In this document: in pieces, positions 1 to 58,888 of the stretch
Position numbering within the stretch: the stretch's first letter is position 1
Layout of the letters: the number at the start of each line of letters is the position of its first letter
From: Octopus vulgaris
Lineage: Eukaryota
DNA length: 64,000 nt
Reading direction: 5' to 3'
Assembly (NCBI GenBank): GCA_951406725.2
Contig: OX597819.1
Coordinates: 58,962,001-59,026,000 of the forward strand
Position numbers and translations under genes: made by a program
Notes under the pieces: generated by a model
Told to the model about the DNA's origin: nothing
Database searches by the model: none
What the model saw: the letters and a program-made list of their open reading frames with translations, nothing else

Positions 1-550
1 GCTTTATTCATTTGTCAGCAGATTGCTGTGGAAACGTAATACATCTTCAGTTTTCTAAAATCATATGGCACAAACATTTACAGATGCCAACTTTAAAAAC
101 TTTAGGGACAATCAGGCAACAACTTCCATGTACTTTCGTAATGTGATTGTTATTGTGGAATGCCGTCCACATTTGGGGATCGTCTTTGTTGATATTCTTT
201 TAGATTTGAAATGACGGTACCAATCATGAAACTGTGTATGGCTCGGACAATGTTCTGCATAAGCTTGTTACAATATTAGAAGAGTTTTCATAAAATTCTT
301 TGATAGTCTCAAATTTAATTTCTAATTTCATGCAAATACGTTGGTCTTCCAAATCCCTCATTGTGTAATAGTCAAGTGCATTAACTATATTTATTCTAGC
401 ATGTGTGAATGAATAAGTGGCATGACATTGTGTAGATATGACCAGACTGCAGTCCAAGGTTACCCATGCACAAAACTGCAGTTGCAAACACGCCGCGCCG
501 GTTGGCTAGTGCTCTGTTTTAAAAATCCACTTTCTTTACGTACAGTCTTC
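1..550 (-). mobile_element. Degenerate mariner (Tc1/mariner) transposon 5' part, runs off window
   Basis: Minus-strand frames give MRDLEDQRICMK and QAYAEHCPSHTQFHDWYRHFKS...DDPKCGR, typical of the mariner transposase N-terminal HTH region; frameshifted. Confidence 0.7.
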
Positions 551-1209
551 ATTATTCTTGTATTGTGTAAACGTGTGTGCATGGGGGAAGGATGGTCGTT
601 GCATATAGCTTCAGAAATATTATTGAAATAGACTTGAGCCTGCTAAGGTGTAGCCACATCTCAATACTGAATCGAGAAGACCTTTGGTCCAATGTTTTCC
701 ACTTATAACCAGCCATTTTGGGTTTTATCTGGGACTATATTAATTATCTAATGTTTCTAATGGTTTCTTCCTCTTTTAATACGGTTCTGTGTGGTCTGAG
801 GAGAATATGGCAGCTATTTCTAGCATCAAACGACCTCATAGAGACTTCGAGTAAAACTAGAATGTAAGCATGGATTTTTGCACTGATTCGGATAGTTCGA
901 AGACCTGTTTTACAGAATTTGATGACTGTGTTTGGAGTGGGGAATGTAATACATACATTATGTTCTTAGGAAGAACATCGGAGGGCCTTGGAAAGAGAAA
1001 AATGTCTAGAAAAGAAGCAAAAAAGAAAGCATTCAATGAAAATTCTGAAAATAATGTTATTATGCTAAGCAACAGTGACAAAAAAATATGAAAAGAAAAA
1101 TCAGCCTGCAAAGACGAAATAAGGAATCCAAAAGTAGGTCGAGTCAAGACTAAAATGGTAAAGGAATGTATATTGTCTAGATGACCTCTAGCCAGCGCTG
1201 GTATGTAGT

Positions 1210-1460
1210 AATGTCGGCGAAATTTCGCAATGGCTTATCACTACCTCTTGGGTAAAGGAAAAGAGCAAGAAATTGAGAGGGGGTTAATATTTTCCCCCCT
1301 TTTTTAGTATTTTTGCATTTAATACAACATAGATTATAATTCTTAAAGAAATCTTTTTTCCAAAAAAATTAATTTTATGATATTTTACTCATCTCCCAGT
1401 TCTGTGTCTTTTTCCTTCCTCGTGGGGTAGTAGTGATAGTTATTCCAAAACTCCACCATA
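1210..1460. repeat. Degenerate foldback/MITE
   Basis: ~1213-1292 (ttatcactac...aaggaaaaga...gaaattgagag) is an imperfect reverse complement of ~1380-1458. Confidence 0.5.
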
Positions 1461-1862
1461 ATGTCAACCTTTTGGGCGAAAGAATTTAGGATAAGCTTGA
1501 ATGAAAATGGTGATAAATAATAGAGAAATTCACGTTTTAGTGTCGAATATACATCAATATTCTTTTATTGTATTTTAAGTTATTAATTATTTTGGCCGAA
1601 TCGTTCGCTCACCAGTTAAAGTACTTACCAGTTAAAGTACTTAGCGGCATTTCATACGTCCTTACGTTCTGAGTTCAAATTCCGCCGAGGTCAACTTTGC
1701 CTTTCATCCTTCTCGGTATCTTTAAAATAAGTACTAGTTGAGCTCTGGGGTCGATGTAAACGACTTATTCCCGCCCCCAAAATTGCTGGCCTTGTGCCAA
1801 AATATGAAACCTATTGTTATTTAACATCCAAAACTACAAATATACACGCGCATACACATTCA

Positions 1863-1894
<32 letters not shown>

Positions 1895-1914
1895 CATGTG
1901 TATGTATGTATGTG

Positions 1915-2598
1915 TATATAATTCTTTTTGGGAACGGTGGATCTCAAAGCAGATAAAGCTATAAATAACAGAGTGTAAATATTGTGGTAAAAACCCTTTG
2001 GATAGAAAGGTTCAAAGGCTTCCCGTGGGTTTTCAACGTACATCTCCTAAAGACATGACTGACGCTCTACTATAGGACCAAAGCAATCCTTCGAATTTTT
2101 CTATCCATTTTAGAAAATTTGTTCTTGTCAACGAGAATTGTATGCTGCTGACGTCATAAGAATTTATAAACTTTCGAGAAAATGTATAATAATTCATTTT
2201 GAGAACTGGATCTCGATGCAGATAAAGCCGTACGTAATAGCTTGTAAATACACTGGGTTTTTAGAAAACCTTTAGATGATAGAGAAATTCGAAGAATTGT
2301 TTGGGTCTAATGGTAGAACGTCTGTCATTTCTACAGGAGATGCAGGTTCGAGTGCTACGTACTGCCTTCGACTTTTCTATCCAAAGGGTTTGTTTTTATC
2401 CCAATATTTACAGGGCATTATTTATAGCTTCATCTGCTTCGAGATTCGCTGTTCCAAAAAAGAATTATTTCATGTTCTTTCGGAATTTATAAATCCATTA
2501 CGTCAACAATACAGACATATATATACACAAATAGGTGTGTGTGTGTGGGTGTGTGTGTGGATGTGTGTGTGGGTGTGTGTGTGTGTGGGTGTGTGTGT

Positions 2599-2638
<40 letters not shown>

Positions 2639-3362
2639 TTCATAGATGAGAATCAGATATTCTCCATATAGAATACACCTAGTAGTGTTCTAGAGGTTTA
2701 AACTTGAGCGAGTAGAGGAGTAAATGTAAGGATAAGCAAATTAGATTGGTCGATATACAAAGAATATTAAATACATTTAAATACAAAACTGTATATATGT
2801 TTCCATACAAAACGGTCCAACTTACACAGAATGGAAATATCAAGAATTAAAAGGGTTGAAAAAGAGTATTACAAGCCCAACATCTGTTTCTGGGTGATAC
2901 GAGCCTCCATCTTCAGGGAAGAAATCTTATATTTGAACTGTTGACAGAGAGATGATTCCATTTGATGATGGAATCAATTTACAATCATTATTTTAGACCA
3001 TCGAGCCCCCAGAAACAGCTGTTGGATTTGTAATACTCTTCTTCAGCCCCTTTAATTCTTGATATCATTTCAATAATTCTATGTGAGTCGGACCGTTTTT
3101 CTATGTAAAGAAAAATACATTTTTTTGTATTTAATGTATTTAATATTCTTTGTATATCGCCCGACCTAACTTGCTTATCCTTACATATATATATGTTCGA
3201 CTTTTCTATCCAAAGGGTTTGGTTTTATCCCAATATTTACAGGGCATTATTTATAGCTTCACCTGCTTCGAGACTCACTGTTCCAAAAAAGAATTATTTC
3301 ATGTTCTCTCGGAATTTATAAATTCATTACGTCAACAATACAGACATATATACACACATAGG
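1915..3362. repeat. Nested foldback and direct repeat complex
   Basis: ~165 bp near-identical direct repeat at 2368-2530 and 3197-3362, with inverted relatives at 1920-2030 and 2150-2295; 2040-2110 is inverted relative to 2275-2342. Confidence 0.75.
2722..3188. mobile_element. Long inverted-repeat element with hammerhead-like motifs (Penelope pLTR-like)
   Basis: Arms ~2722-2893 and ~3009-3188 are reverse complements. Minus strand reads ttcc-CTGAAGA-tgg..cca-GAAA-cagatg-tt-ggg. Confidence 0.6.
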
Positions 3363-3642
3363 TTGTTCTTGGATGACCAATTTTAAATACTGTTGGATCT
3401 TACTCATAAGGTATTGGAACCTTACATTGTATATAAACTCTATACTTGGAATGAACAATTTTAAATACTGTTGGATTTTTCTCATAAGGTATTGGAATCT
3501 TACATATATACCATTCTGCCTAAAAAAATGGATCTACAAATTCAATATCCCTACAAATCTCACATCTATTTTCTTTCCTCCACCTTACTCTCTATTTTGT
3601 ATCCTATCTAAATTAACTATTACTTAACCTTCCTTTCACACC

Positions 3643-3694
3643 GTCTCCGATGAAGGGATATAATTAATAAATATCCTCGAAACAGGTGTAAGAC
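3643..3694 (+). ncRNA. Minimal type I hammerhead ribozyme-like motif (variant core)
   Basis: gtct-CcGATGA-ag-ggatat..atatcc-tc-GAAA-caggtg-TA-agac: stem I gtct/agac, stem II ggatat/atatcc. Confidence 0.5.
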
Positions 3695-3759
3695 CTTCTA
3701 TCTATAAATGTTCTGATATATATACGGCCTTGGTTTTTTATCTCATTACACAAAAAATT

Positions 3760-3823
<64 letters not shown>

Positions 3824-3862
3824 GTCTAGGTAGAGTCATCATGCCATGTGTATGCATACATA

Positions 3863-3952
<90 letters not shown>

Positions 3953-4493
3953 ACAGTCCAACCCTTTATGTAACTAATCATGCGATTTCTGAAGTGAACA
4001 GTCTAAAATAGACGCATTGACGTCGTGGGAAAACAACCTCGCTAAAACAAATGCTTGTACTTAACTAATGGCTTAATTCTCTTTAAGGCTGGTTCGTAAA
4101 TTGACTTGATTGTGGAAGAATGATTAAAGTATTTCAGGGCAGTCGTTATTAGAAAAATGTTTTCATTTATTTTGTCTTTGTTTCTTTATTTGTGTTTCTG
4201 TTGGTCGGGTTCTTATATATGTGTAGGTATGTGTGTCCATGGGTGTATGGGTGTGTAATGAGAGAGAGAGAGAAAGAGAGAGAGAAGATGAGACAGCCAC
4301 ACAGACAGAAAAACAGACAGACATGTTGGCAGGCAGTGAGGACGTCAATAAAATCTTATTTAACCAGGATTTCAGGATTAAAGAATGTCAGATATCTAAC
4401 TGAAACTAATTTTTTCTGTCATCATGATAGTAAGTGATCTAAAAATGTTTGTTCAAATTACATATGCAGTGTGTATGTATATACATACATACA

Positions 4494-4564
<71 letters not shown>

Positions 4565-4653
4565 CATATATGAGGGCAAAAAAAATTTCTAATGCCAAAT
4601 ATGAATATGCTGGCCATTGATAAAATTTTTTTCGAAAAAATTTTATCCTCATT

Positions 4654-4718
<65 letters not shown>

Positions 4719-5007
4719 ATGGGGGTTTACTTCACAGGTGATCTAAACGAATAGATACGCTGAGTAAGTGCTGTAACGGATTGTAACAGGTTCCAAGCTC
4801 GGGAGCTATGGATCCATTTTAGGATTCCGATTTAGCAAATATATATTTGTGAAAGGGGACAATAAACGCCATGGCATAATAAATATCTCATATTATTTTA
4901 TATTATCCTTACATTAGTTGAGGTCTTACAGCTGTTTCTGGGATGTCCGTACCTAAAACTTTTATCTGAATATTTCCATGTCTGGATCTTTCATATGTTC
5001 TCTACTT

Positions 5008-5083
5008 GTCTCTGATGACGGAATACCCTATATTCAGACATACTTGCCTATCACTTGGGACATCCCAGAAACAGCTGTAAGAC
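5008..5083 (+). ncRNA. Minimal type I hammerhead ribozyme-like motif inside inverted-repeat element 4890-5115
   Basis: gtct-CTGATGA-cggaat...atccca-GAAA-cagctg-TA-agac: canonical core, palindromic stem III, GUA triplet; stem II long and imperfect. Confidence 0.55.
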
Positions 5084-5592
5084 TTCGATTAATGCAAGAA
5101 TAATATAAAATTATGCATATGACTTGAAATATTTGCTATGCTCCGGCATTTGTTGTCCTCTTTCGCAAATACATCTATGTATGTATGCATGCATGCATGC
5201 ATGTATGTATGTATGTATGTATGTATGTATGTATGTATGTATGTATGTATGTATGTATGTATTTGCTACCACGAAGTCCCAGTTTCGATCTCACTGCGTG
5301 ACATTTTAGTCGAGTGTCATTCTCGATAGCCTTGAGTCAGCTTTGTGACTGAAAATGGGTAGACGAAAATTGTACAGAAGCATGATTTGTGAGCGATTTG
5401 ATTTTTCGTTCTGATAAGTCAAATAAACACGGAAATGTTCCTTCGTTGGCATTCTTTGTACTTAATTTATCGACCCCGAAAGGATGAAAGACAAAGTCGA
5501 CCTCAGCGGAATTTGAATTCAGAACGTAAAGGCAGACGAAATACTGCTAAGCATTTCGCCCGGCGCGCTAGCGATTCTACCAGCTCGCCGTC

Positions 5593-5626
<34 letters not shown>

Positions 5627-6134
5627 GTATAGTTACAACCAGTGCGTTTTTCTTTATGATTTTATTGGCAAAATGACGCTTCCAAAGTAAAAGGCATCTG
5701 TTTCAACGGTGGTGGTGTGTTTAAATCGCCGTAATGTAGCGGTTCGACAAAAGAGACCGATGGAATAAGTATTAGGCTTAAAAAATAAGTCCTGGGGATG
5801 ACTTGCTCGACTAAAATCTTTCAGTGCGGTGCTCCAACATGGTCGCAGTCAAAATGACTGAAACAAATAAAAGAATTAAAGAAAAGAATATCACAAAAAA
5901 GTGATGTACGATGTGCCATCTTAAGATGGCACACTGGGCAGTTTCCCGGAGGCTCCACGGGTCTAGAGGCCCAATTCTCATCTATGTATACAGGCTTGCT
6001 GTCAAATAAATGTTACAGGGCCCAGTGTGCTGCTTTGCCTAGGGACCTATAATGCTGCTAAAACGGTTCTGCATGTATGGGTATGTTACTCGTAGAATCG
6101 AAGAGGACAATAAAATTAATGTGAAGCGAATATA

Positions 6135-6297
6135 GGCGTAGGAGTGGCTGTGTGGTAAGTAGCTTGTTTACTAACCACATGGTTCCGGGTTCAGTCCCAC
6201 TACGTGACACCTTGGGCAAGTGTCTTCTACTATAGCCCCGGGCCAACCAAAGCCTTGTGAGTGGATTTGGTAGACGGAAACTCAAAGAAGCCCGTCG

Positions 6298-6347
<50 letters not shown>

Positions 6348-6480
6348 CGCGTGTGTATATGTTTGTGTGTCTGTGTTTGTCCCCCCAACATCGCTCGACA
6401 ACCGATGCTGGTGTATTTACGTCCCCGTAATTTAGCGGTTCGACAAAAGAGATAGAATAAGCCCTGGGGTCGATTTGTTC
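6135..6480 (+). mobile_element. tRNA-derived SINE family B (GGAGTGGCTGTGTGGTAAG head, internal (TG)n)
   Basis: A/B box-like head and ccttgggcaagtg core. Other copies ~28036-28130(+), 30256-30660(+), 31080-31400(-), 36935-37362(-), 40315-40520(-), 44590-44745(-), 45513-45810(+), 45908-46065(-), 47401-47790(+), 50228-50385(+), 50468-50830(+), 60575-60755(-). Confidence 0.85.
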
Positions 6481-6499
6481 AGCTGTTACAATACGTCAT

Positions 6500-7110
6500 A
6501 CCACAATGATTATGTTTCTGCAATCTAAGAGCAGAAGATGGCGAGGAAATATCTAATGAACAACACAAGACAATGAGACCCTGAGACTCCCAAGGTGTAA
6601 CTGTAAATGACGATTATGCCTCTCTTCTGTGGAGAATACAATGCATGTAATCAGCAACTGACCAAACATATCATTGAAGTAATGCTTCCCATTAAATATG
6701 ACACTGTTGGTAAACCAAAATACAATGTCATCCACAGAAAAAGACTACCTTTGTATAAATATTAACAGCACTTCTGCTGTTGGATACTGGCTTACATATC
6801 AATACAAGGAATATGGATGGAACATTTCCATCAAACCTTCTACTTGGTGCAAATAGTAGGCCAGCTATTGTTATCTGGAACAGAAAAGAAAAAGAATTTT
6901 ATAGACGAAGGTAGCGGTAGATGTGAATGTCTCATCTCATTTCAGCGAGAAGGAGAATATTTGTGGACAACTGCTTCGAATCATGCAATTCACCTACCCT
7001 GATTAGAAATTCACATTTAAGCAAATAATTATTGGTGCACTTGGTTCTATTAGTAAATGCCAAAGCGATAGTCTGAAAAAGTTAAGAATTTCAGCCAAAG
7101 GAAGAGACTG
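6500..7110 (+). mobile_element. Degenerate R4/Dong-like (RLE-class) non-LTR retrotransposon 3' part: zinc knuckle plus restriction-like endonuclease
   Basis: Frameshifted translation RLCLSSVENTMHVISN*P...YDTVGK; KEYGWNISIK...RPAIVIWNRKEK; EKENICGQLLRIMQFTYPD...IIIGALG. Confidence 0.7.
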
Positions 7111-7298
7111 GTTAACATTTTACGAATAGAATTTGTAAGGGGAACCGCAAAAATATGCGCGATTTTACTATAGTTCTACACTTCATACTTATCGTTGCTA
7201 TTGTCCAAATTCCAGCGATTGACCTTTGGTTTTTAGTTAGAACGCAGTTCCTTCCATCTACGAAGAATTCTAATAAAGCAAAAAAGGAACACACACAC

Positions 7299-7348
<50 letters not shown>

Positions 7349-7709
7349 ACACACACACAATGGTCATTCTCTCTGTGGTGTGACGAGGGAATGCACTTCG
7401 ACAGTACAAAACAGAGCAGACTGGATTGCGTTGACACTAGAATCCCCTTCTAAACCCTAGCAACTGTGATACTGAGGAGAATACAACAATGATATACTAA
7501 ACTGACCTTGGTTATAGGGCAGGCGAGGAGGGATGCATAATTAATTAAATTAGTTTTGATATTTTCTCACAATGAAACAATGAAACGATGCGCATAACAT
7601 TGCGATATAAAAATAGAGATTTTAGTTTCATGTGAAGAAAATTGTACAAATAACAAAATAAAAGATCACATTTCCCTCGCGCTCGCTTTCTTTCTTTCTC
7701 TCTCTCTCA

Positions 7710-7748
<39 letters not shown>

Positions 7749-8049
7749 CCTCTCTCTCTCCCTCTCTCTCTCTCTCACTCTCTCTCTCTCTCTCTCCATC
7801 AGTATGAAAAGAAAACATTTGCGAAATATACGTGCGCACAAGCACACACACGCACGCACACAAACGCATATATACTTATATATTTCTACATATATATATA
7901 CATATATATACTTATATATTTCTACATATATATATACATATATATACTTGCTTTACACACGCGCGCGCATATCCATATATATATATTAATGCATACATAT
8001 CTATTTATCTATCTATCCGTCTATCCGGGCATCTCTTTTGAAATATAAC

Positions 8050-9340
8050 ATTGGAGACAACCATTTCACTTTCAGTTACTTGGTGAAGATTGCAGTCCAG
8101 GTCTTTGTAAATCTTTTAATACCAACAACCAAGGCAGCAAGTACTTTAGCCAACTGGAGTGACATCAGTAGCCATGAGTGAGGAATGGAATCGAAAGCCT
8201 TTCTGTAATAAAGCCACGTTGTCACAAACTTCCTGCAGTTTTGTTATTTCTGACAACACAGCTTTATTTATTAAAAGTTGTCCGGTGCATCCCCATGCTC
8301 CATTCTTTCCATCCATCAACTCATAAGTGACAAAATAAATGGTGTAGCCACAACAGCCTTGAAGGACTTGGTTCAGGCAGTTCACACACTGTACGCCATG
8401 ATAGATCGCCATGATAAATCGTTAGCTCCTACACGCATTTTTTTCTCTCCTTTTTTTTTCTCTCCTTGTTTCTCTCCTTGTTTTTTTTTTTCTGTGTATC
8501 TTTCTGTCGAAGAGCGTAGGCTCGAAACGTAAAAGACTTTTTCTATTCCTGAGCGCTATACTAATACATTTGTTTGTTTGTACTCCACCTGCCTTCGTCT
8601 TTTGTTTATGTTCGTAAACTTTCCCTTCACTCACTGTGCACAGTGTTAAGGCTGGCTATTGGCCTATAGTTCACTGCTAAAGCAATGATTTCATTCGTTG
8701 TTACAAGGTTTGTTCGTGCTTAAGCAAGCTAGTTTGGTATGCCAATTGGACATCCTACATATACATACGAGTTTCTATAAAAAGACAATATGTTGTTCCG
8801 GTAACCAACTATGAGATTCCTGATTAGTTATATCCCTTTATGCAGTTTTCCAGCAGCTTTAATGGAAGTTTCAGCATCAATTTTAACAGTATTATTATTG
8901 ATATTGGTACAGAATGCAATGTATAGTACCTAGTCATGGTGCATTACGATTGAAATCTTTACTTTCGTCCCAGATCTTAGAGCAATATGATTTTAGATCT
9001 TCCTGGGAAAGAGACCTTTTCACTATGGTGCTGTTTCCCCTTAATTCTGATGTATGCGACTTGTGGATTGAAAGTAAACTTCTGGTTTGCTTTGGCTCTT
9101 TCTAAAAAAATTGTCTACGATAGAGCAGTTTTTTACTCCAGGTTTCGAATTCATGTTTCAGAGTAATAAATTTTCACTCGAGAGTTAGTGTAGGACCTCT
9201 GTGCATATTTGCTAATTTTCCTATATGTTGTGAACTTATTATTTGCCTTACACATTATAATAGTATTTAGCTGTTTGATTTTGCAGAATAGATTGCTTAT
9301 GTTTTCCTCTAGTGTTGTTACTCACCTATGTTGCTTATGT
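8050..9340 (-). mobile_element. Degenerate R4/Dong-like LINE reverse transcriptase region
   Basis: Minus-strand fragments ANQKFTFNP..ELRG..SKIWDE; ARTNLV...NYRPIASLNTVH; GAWGCTGQLLINKAVL; KAFDSIPHSWLL. Confidence 0.75.
8400..8628 (+). mobile_element. Short Penelope-like repeat with hammerhead-like motif (decayed copies ~27735-27920 + and ~40540-40645 -)
   Basis: tcttt-CTGtcGA-a-gagc-gtag-gctc-GAAA-cgTA-aaaga at ~8499-8536; it interrupts the R4-like LINE relic. Confidence 0.55.
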
Positions 9341-9893
9341 TGAATTGTTTCATTCTCGCGCGCTCTGTAAATATCTTCCCAGGTATTTATTCAAGCTAAG
9401 ATAGGTAAATAGATAGGTACTGATATTCTAATGCGTGTTACCACACTTTTCTACGTGATCGCTAGCAAAACCGTCGATAACTTTTGACCATAAGAGCGGT
9501 TGGTTTCTTTTCTACTCTCGTCAGAAAAGGTGTATTACGTAACGATATAAGTTGGTAAAATTATTTTCTCATTGTAGTTTTAAAATTTTTTAAATCGTCT
9601 ATATCCTATAATTGCCTTTGTTGGATTGGTATAGAAAGATACCGATCAGGCAGAGTTATGTGAAAGTGTTTTTGACGATACCATTTTGTTTATATTCACC
9701 TTATAGCTCTCAGCCTTCCATATCATTTTCCGTAGTTACCCATGATCGTTACTTTTATCATCTATGCATCCCAGTCCATGTTTAACATCTTGTCTATGCT
9801 TGTCTTTTAGAATTAGCAACAGCTAAAAATTATTTATTTGAAGTTGTTTTAAATGATTTTTATTTTCTTTTTTTTTTTTTAGAAAATGCAGAT

Positions 9894-56262
<46,369 letters not shown>

Positions 56263-56710
56263 TAAAATGTCAACCATGTTTACTCTCTACTATACAGACT
56301 GCTGTATACCAAATATGCAACAGATGTTGAGACTGCTGGTAGGTTAAAAAGAAATATCAACCAACACTTCAATTCAATACATTCCTTATTGTTTCAAATA
56401 TATAACTATAGGGGTGATAAAAAAAAATTACGAAACCCTGTCTAAAGTAAGTATATATATTAGGAGAGTCATACTGGTTATAGTAAGGCTTGTAAATATA
56501 ATCACCAGATATGGTTAACTGCAGTTTTTGGTGATTATTTTTATAAACTTTCCTGTAATCAGTATAGCCTTTCCAAAATATAAGAATATTAACTTCATTT
56601 GTATGTGTATGGGTGTGCACATAGGCACGGACGTTGTTGACATTCCATGGCTGCACTTATCACTGATTTTGGACATTATATCTGGTCACTCTGTGCTTTT
56701 ATAAACCTGA

Positions 56711-56716
56711 AATAAA
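56711..56716 (+). promoter_or_regulatory. Candidate polyadenylation signal (alternative AATAAA at 57512-57517)
   Basis: AATAAA ~450 nt after the stop, followed by T-rich sequence. The motif is common in AT-rich DNA. Confidence 0.3.
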
Positions 56717-58130
56717 GAATTTCTTTTACTCATAAAACATAGACTTTTGATAGTAAGAGAGTCTGAACATATAAGCTTGCCTCAAATAAGACCCCATCGA
56801 ACCCACGCTAGCATGGTAAAACAGATATGAAACGAATGGATTAGTGAACATGTATGTATTTTTATACATACACAAATATAATTTTAGTTTTAAATTTTGC
56901 AAATTGGCCGAAAATGTACGAAAGCCTTTTTTGTATATGGAAGAATGTGTAAACCTGATTTAGATACAAGCTAAGACTAGAGTATGTTGATGGGAATGAA
57001 ACAATGCACCTGTGATTGTCCATTGCTTCAAAGTGTCTTTTCCCTGTCATGATAAGCGTCAACAATTGAGAATTTATTCCCAATTACTCAAAGTTGTCTC
57101 CTCTTTACCTTCAGAACACACACACATACATCTTTTGTCTTGATGTTTTTTATGTCAAATCATCGTTATTATACAATGATGATATATACGAACTAGCGAC
57201 TTGGTTGTTATAATCACAACAGTAAAACTGTTATACCCTTTGACCTTCTACAGATTCCTATAACATTCAATAACATTTAAGCAAGAGTTAAAGACAGGAA
57301 AGTAATGCTAAATTTCGCAAATCTGTAGCACTCCCAGAAATGTAATCAAACAATTGTCCCACTATAATCCAGCACCTATGTTCTTTACAAGTTGAACTGA
57401 CCTTAAACAACTAAACTTTGTTAGTTGCTCGGCCAAATGTAACCACCACGCATTATCATGTATCGATACATCATTGTCAACAACTTTCTTCTCAACTTTT
57501 GTAATACATCAAATAAATTTGGTTATATATATATATAAATTATTTAATCAATTAAAGCATTATTCTTCGTTATATTCTTTTTTGTTTTTATTTTATTTTC
57601 ATGCAGTTAGTTTTATGGTGAAGTTCATTTTACTACTGCATGGTTCAAGGTTTGCTCTACTCTGTGGGTATTTTAGGGATGTATTTTTCAAGTTATCTCC
57701 CTTGACCCCAGAGCCAAGTTGGTTTTGTCTCTTGTGAGATAGACATTAGTAAGTATTGAAGTGATATAAGCATCTAAAACTCCTGAAGTAGTGTCCTTAC
57801 ATGGGTGAAGTCAAATGACAGGAACCTTTTAAGTGATCCAATAAACGGTAGGTACATATCAAGGAAATAACACAAATTGTATCAATATCTGTCAAGCTGC
57901 ATCGAACAAGGGACTGGAAATTCCTTACGATCTAAGAAAATATTTGTTTATATCTAAAGGCTAGCTTTTACAGAAGAGAAAAGAGCTTGAAAGAAACTTT
58001 GTCCCCAGTTAAATTATTCTCTGAGTTTCTGGCCATCAGAACTTTCCAATATAAATTTCATTTAATATTCCAGTGATATACGCTCTTTTCATCACTGTGT
58101 TATGTTAAACTAATGCGTGTATGTGTGTTA

Positions 58131-58888
58131 CAGTGATCCCTCGCTACTTCGCGGTCCAACTATCGCGGATCCATGACTTCGCGGATTTTTAACCAGGGAC
58201 GTCCAGTGATTCACAACCTAAAAAACGCCCATTTTTCTGCTAGCAAAGGGTAGTTTAAGATTCAGAAATGCTTCGGCTAAAAAGCGTTTCCCTGCATGGC
58301 GAGGCTGCTTCTGCTGACAGGAGCGCTGCTGAAACTTTCAAGAAGATTATCTCCGAACAAGTTTTTGATATGGACGAGATAGGCTTGTTTTGGAAAAGAA
58401 TGTCGTCGCGAACTTTCCTGTTCAAAGCATACAAGGATCGTGTGGCCCTCGTGAGGTGTGGCAATGCTGGAGGATTTTTGTTAAAGCCAGGACTTATTTA
58501 CAAGTCCTGCTGCTACTACTACAGTTGCACATTCGGAAGAAGTGGAAGAGGTGTCCCAGTAAAGGGCACTGCCGTCAGCTTCATCATCATCATGTCTACT
58601 GCACAGCAAATTCATCAACATCATCATTCAAATATTATTTCGACTTCTTTCGTGTTGAGTACAGTAACAATCATTATTTTTTAAAAATCTAAAGTGTTAT
58701 TGCTTAACAGTTGTCCTTGTTATTAATAGACCACTGTAATGGGTGGGTTATTAACAGTACAGGGAAGGTTTTAAAAGTCCAAATACACGTTAAATAAATA
58801 CTGTAAATATGGTGTCCCTACTTCGCGGAAATTCAGTTATCGCGGCCGGTCTTGGAACCATTCTACCGCGATAAACGAGGGATCACTG
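58131..58888 (+). mobile_element. Internally deleted Tigger/pogo-family DNA transposon
   Basis: TA-CAGTGATCCCTCG...CGAGGGATCACTG-TA; transposase remnant LHGEAASADRSAAETF..EQVFDMDEIGLFWKRMSSRTF..KDRVALVRCGNAGG. Confidence 0.9.

Noticed and set aside
9340-9660. Candidate PHLPP promoter or non-coding first exon (locally CpG-richer)
   Set aside because: No unambiguous core promoter or donor site; cannot be placed without transcript data
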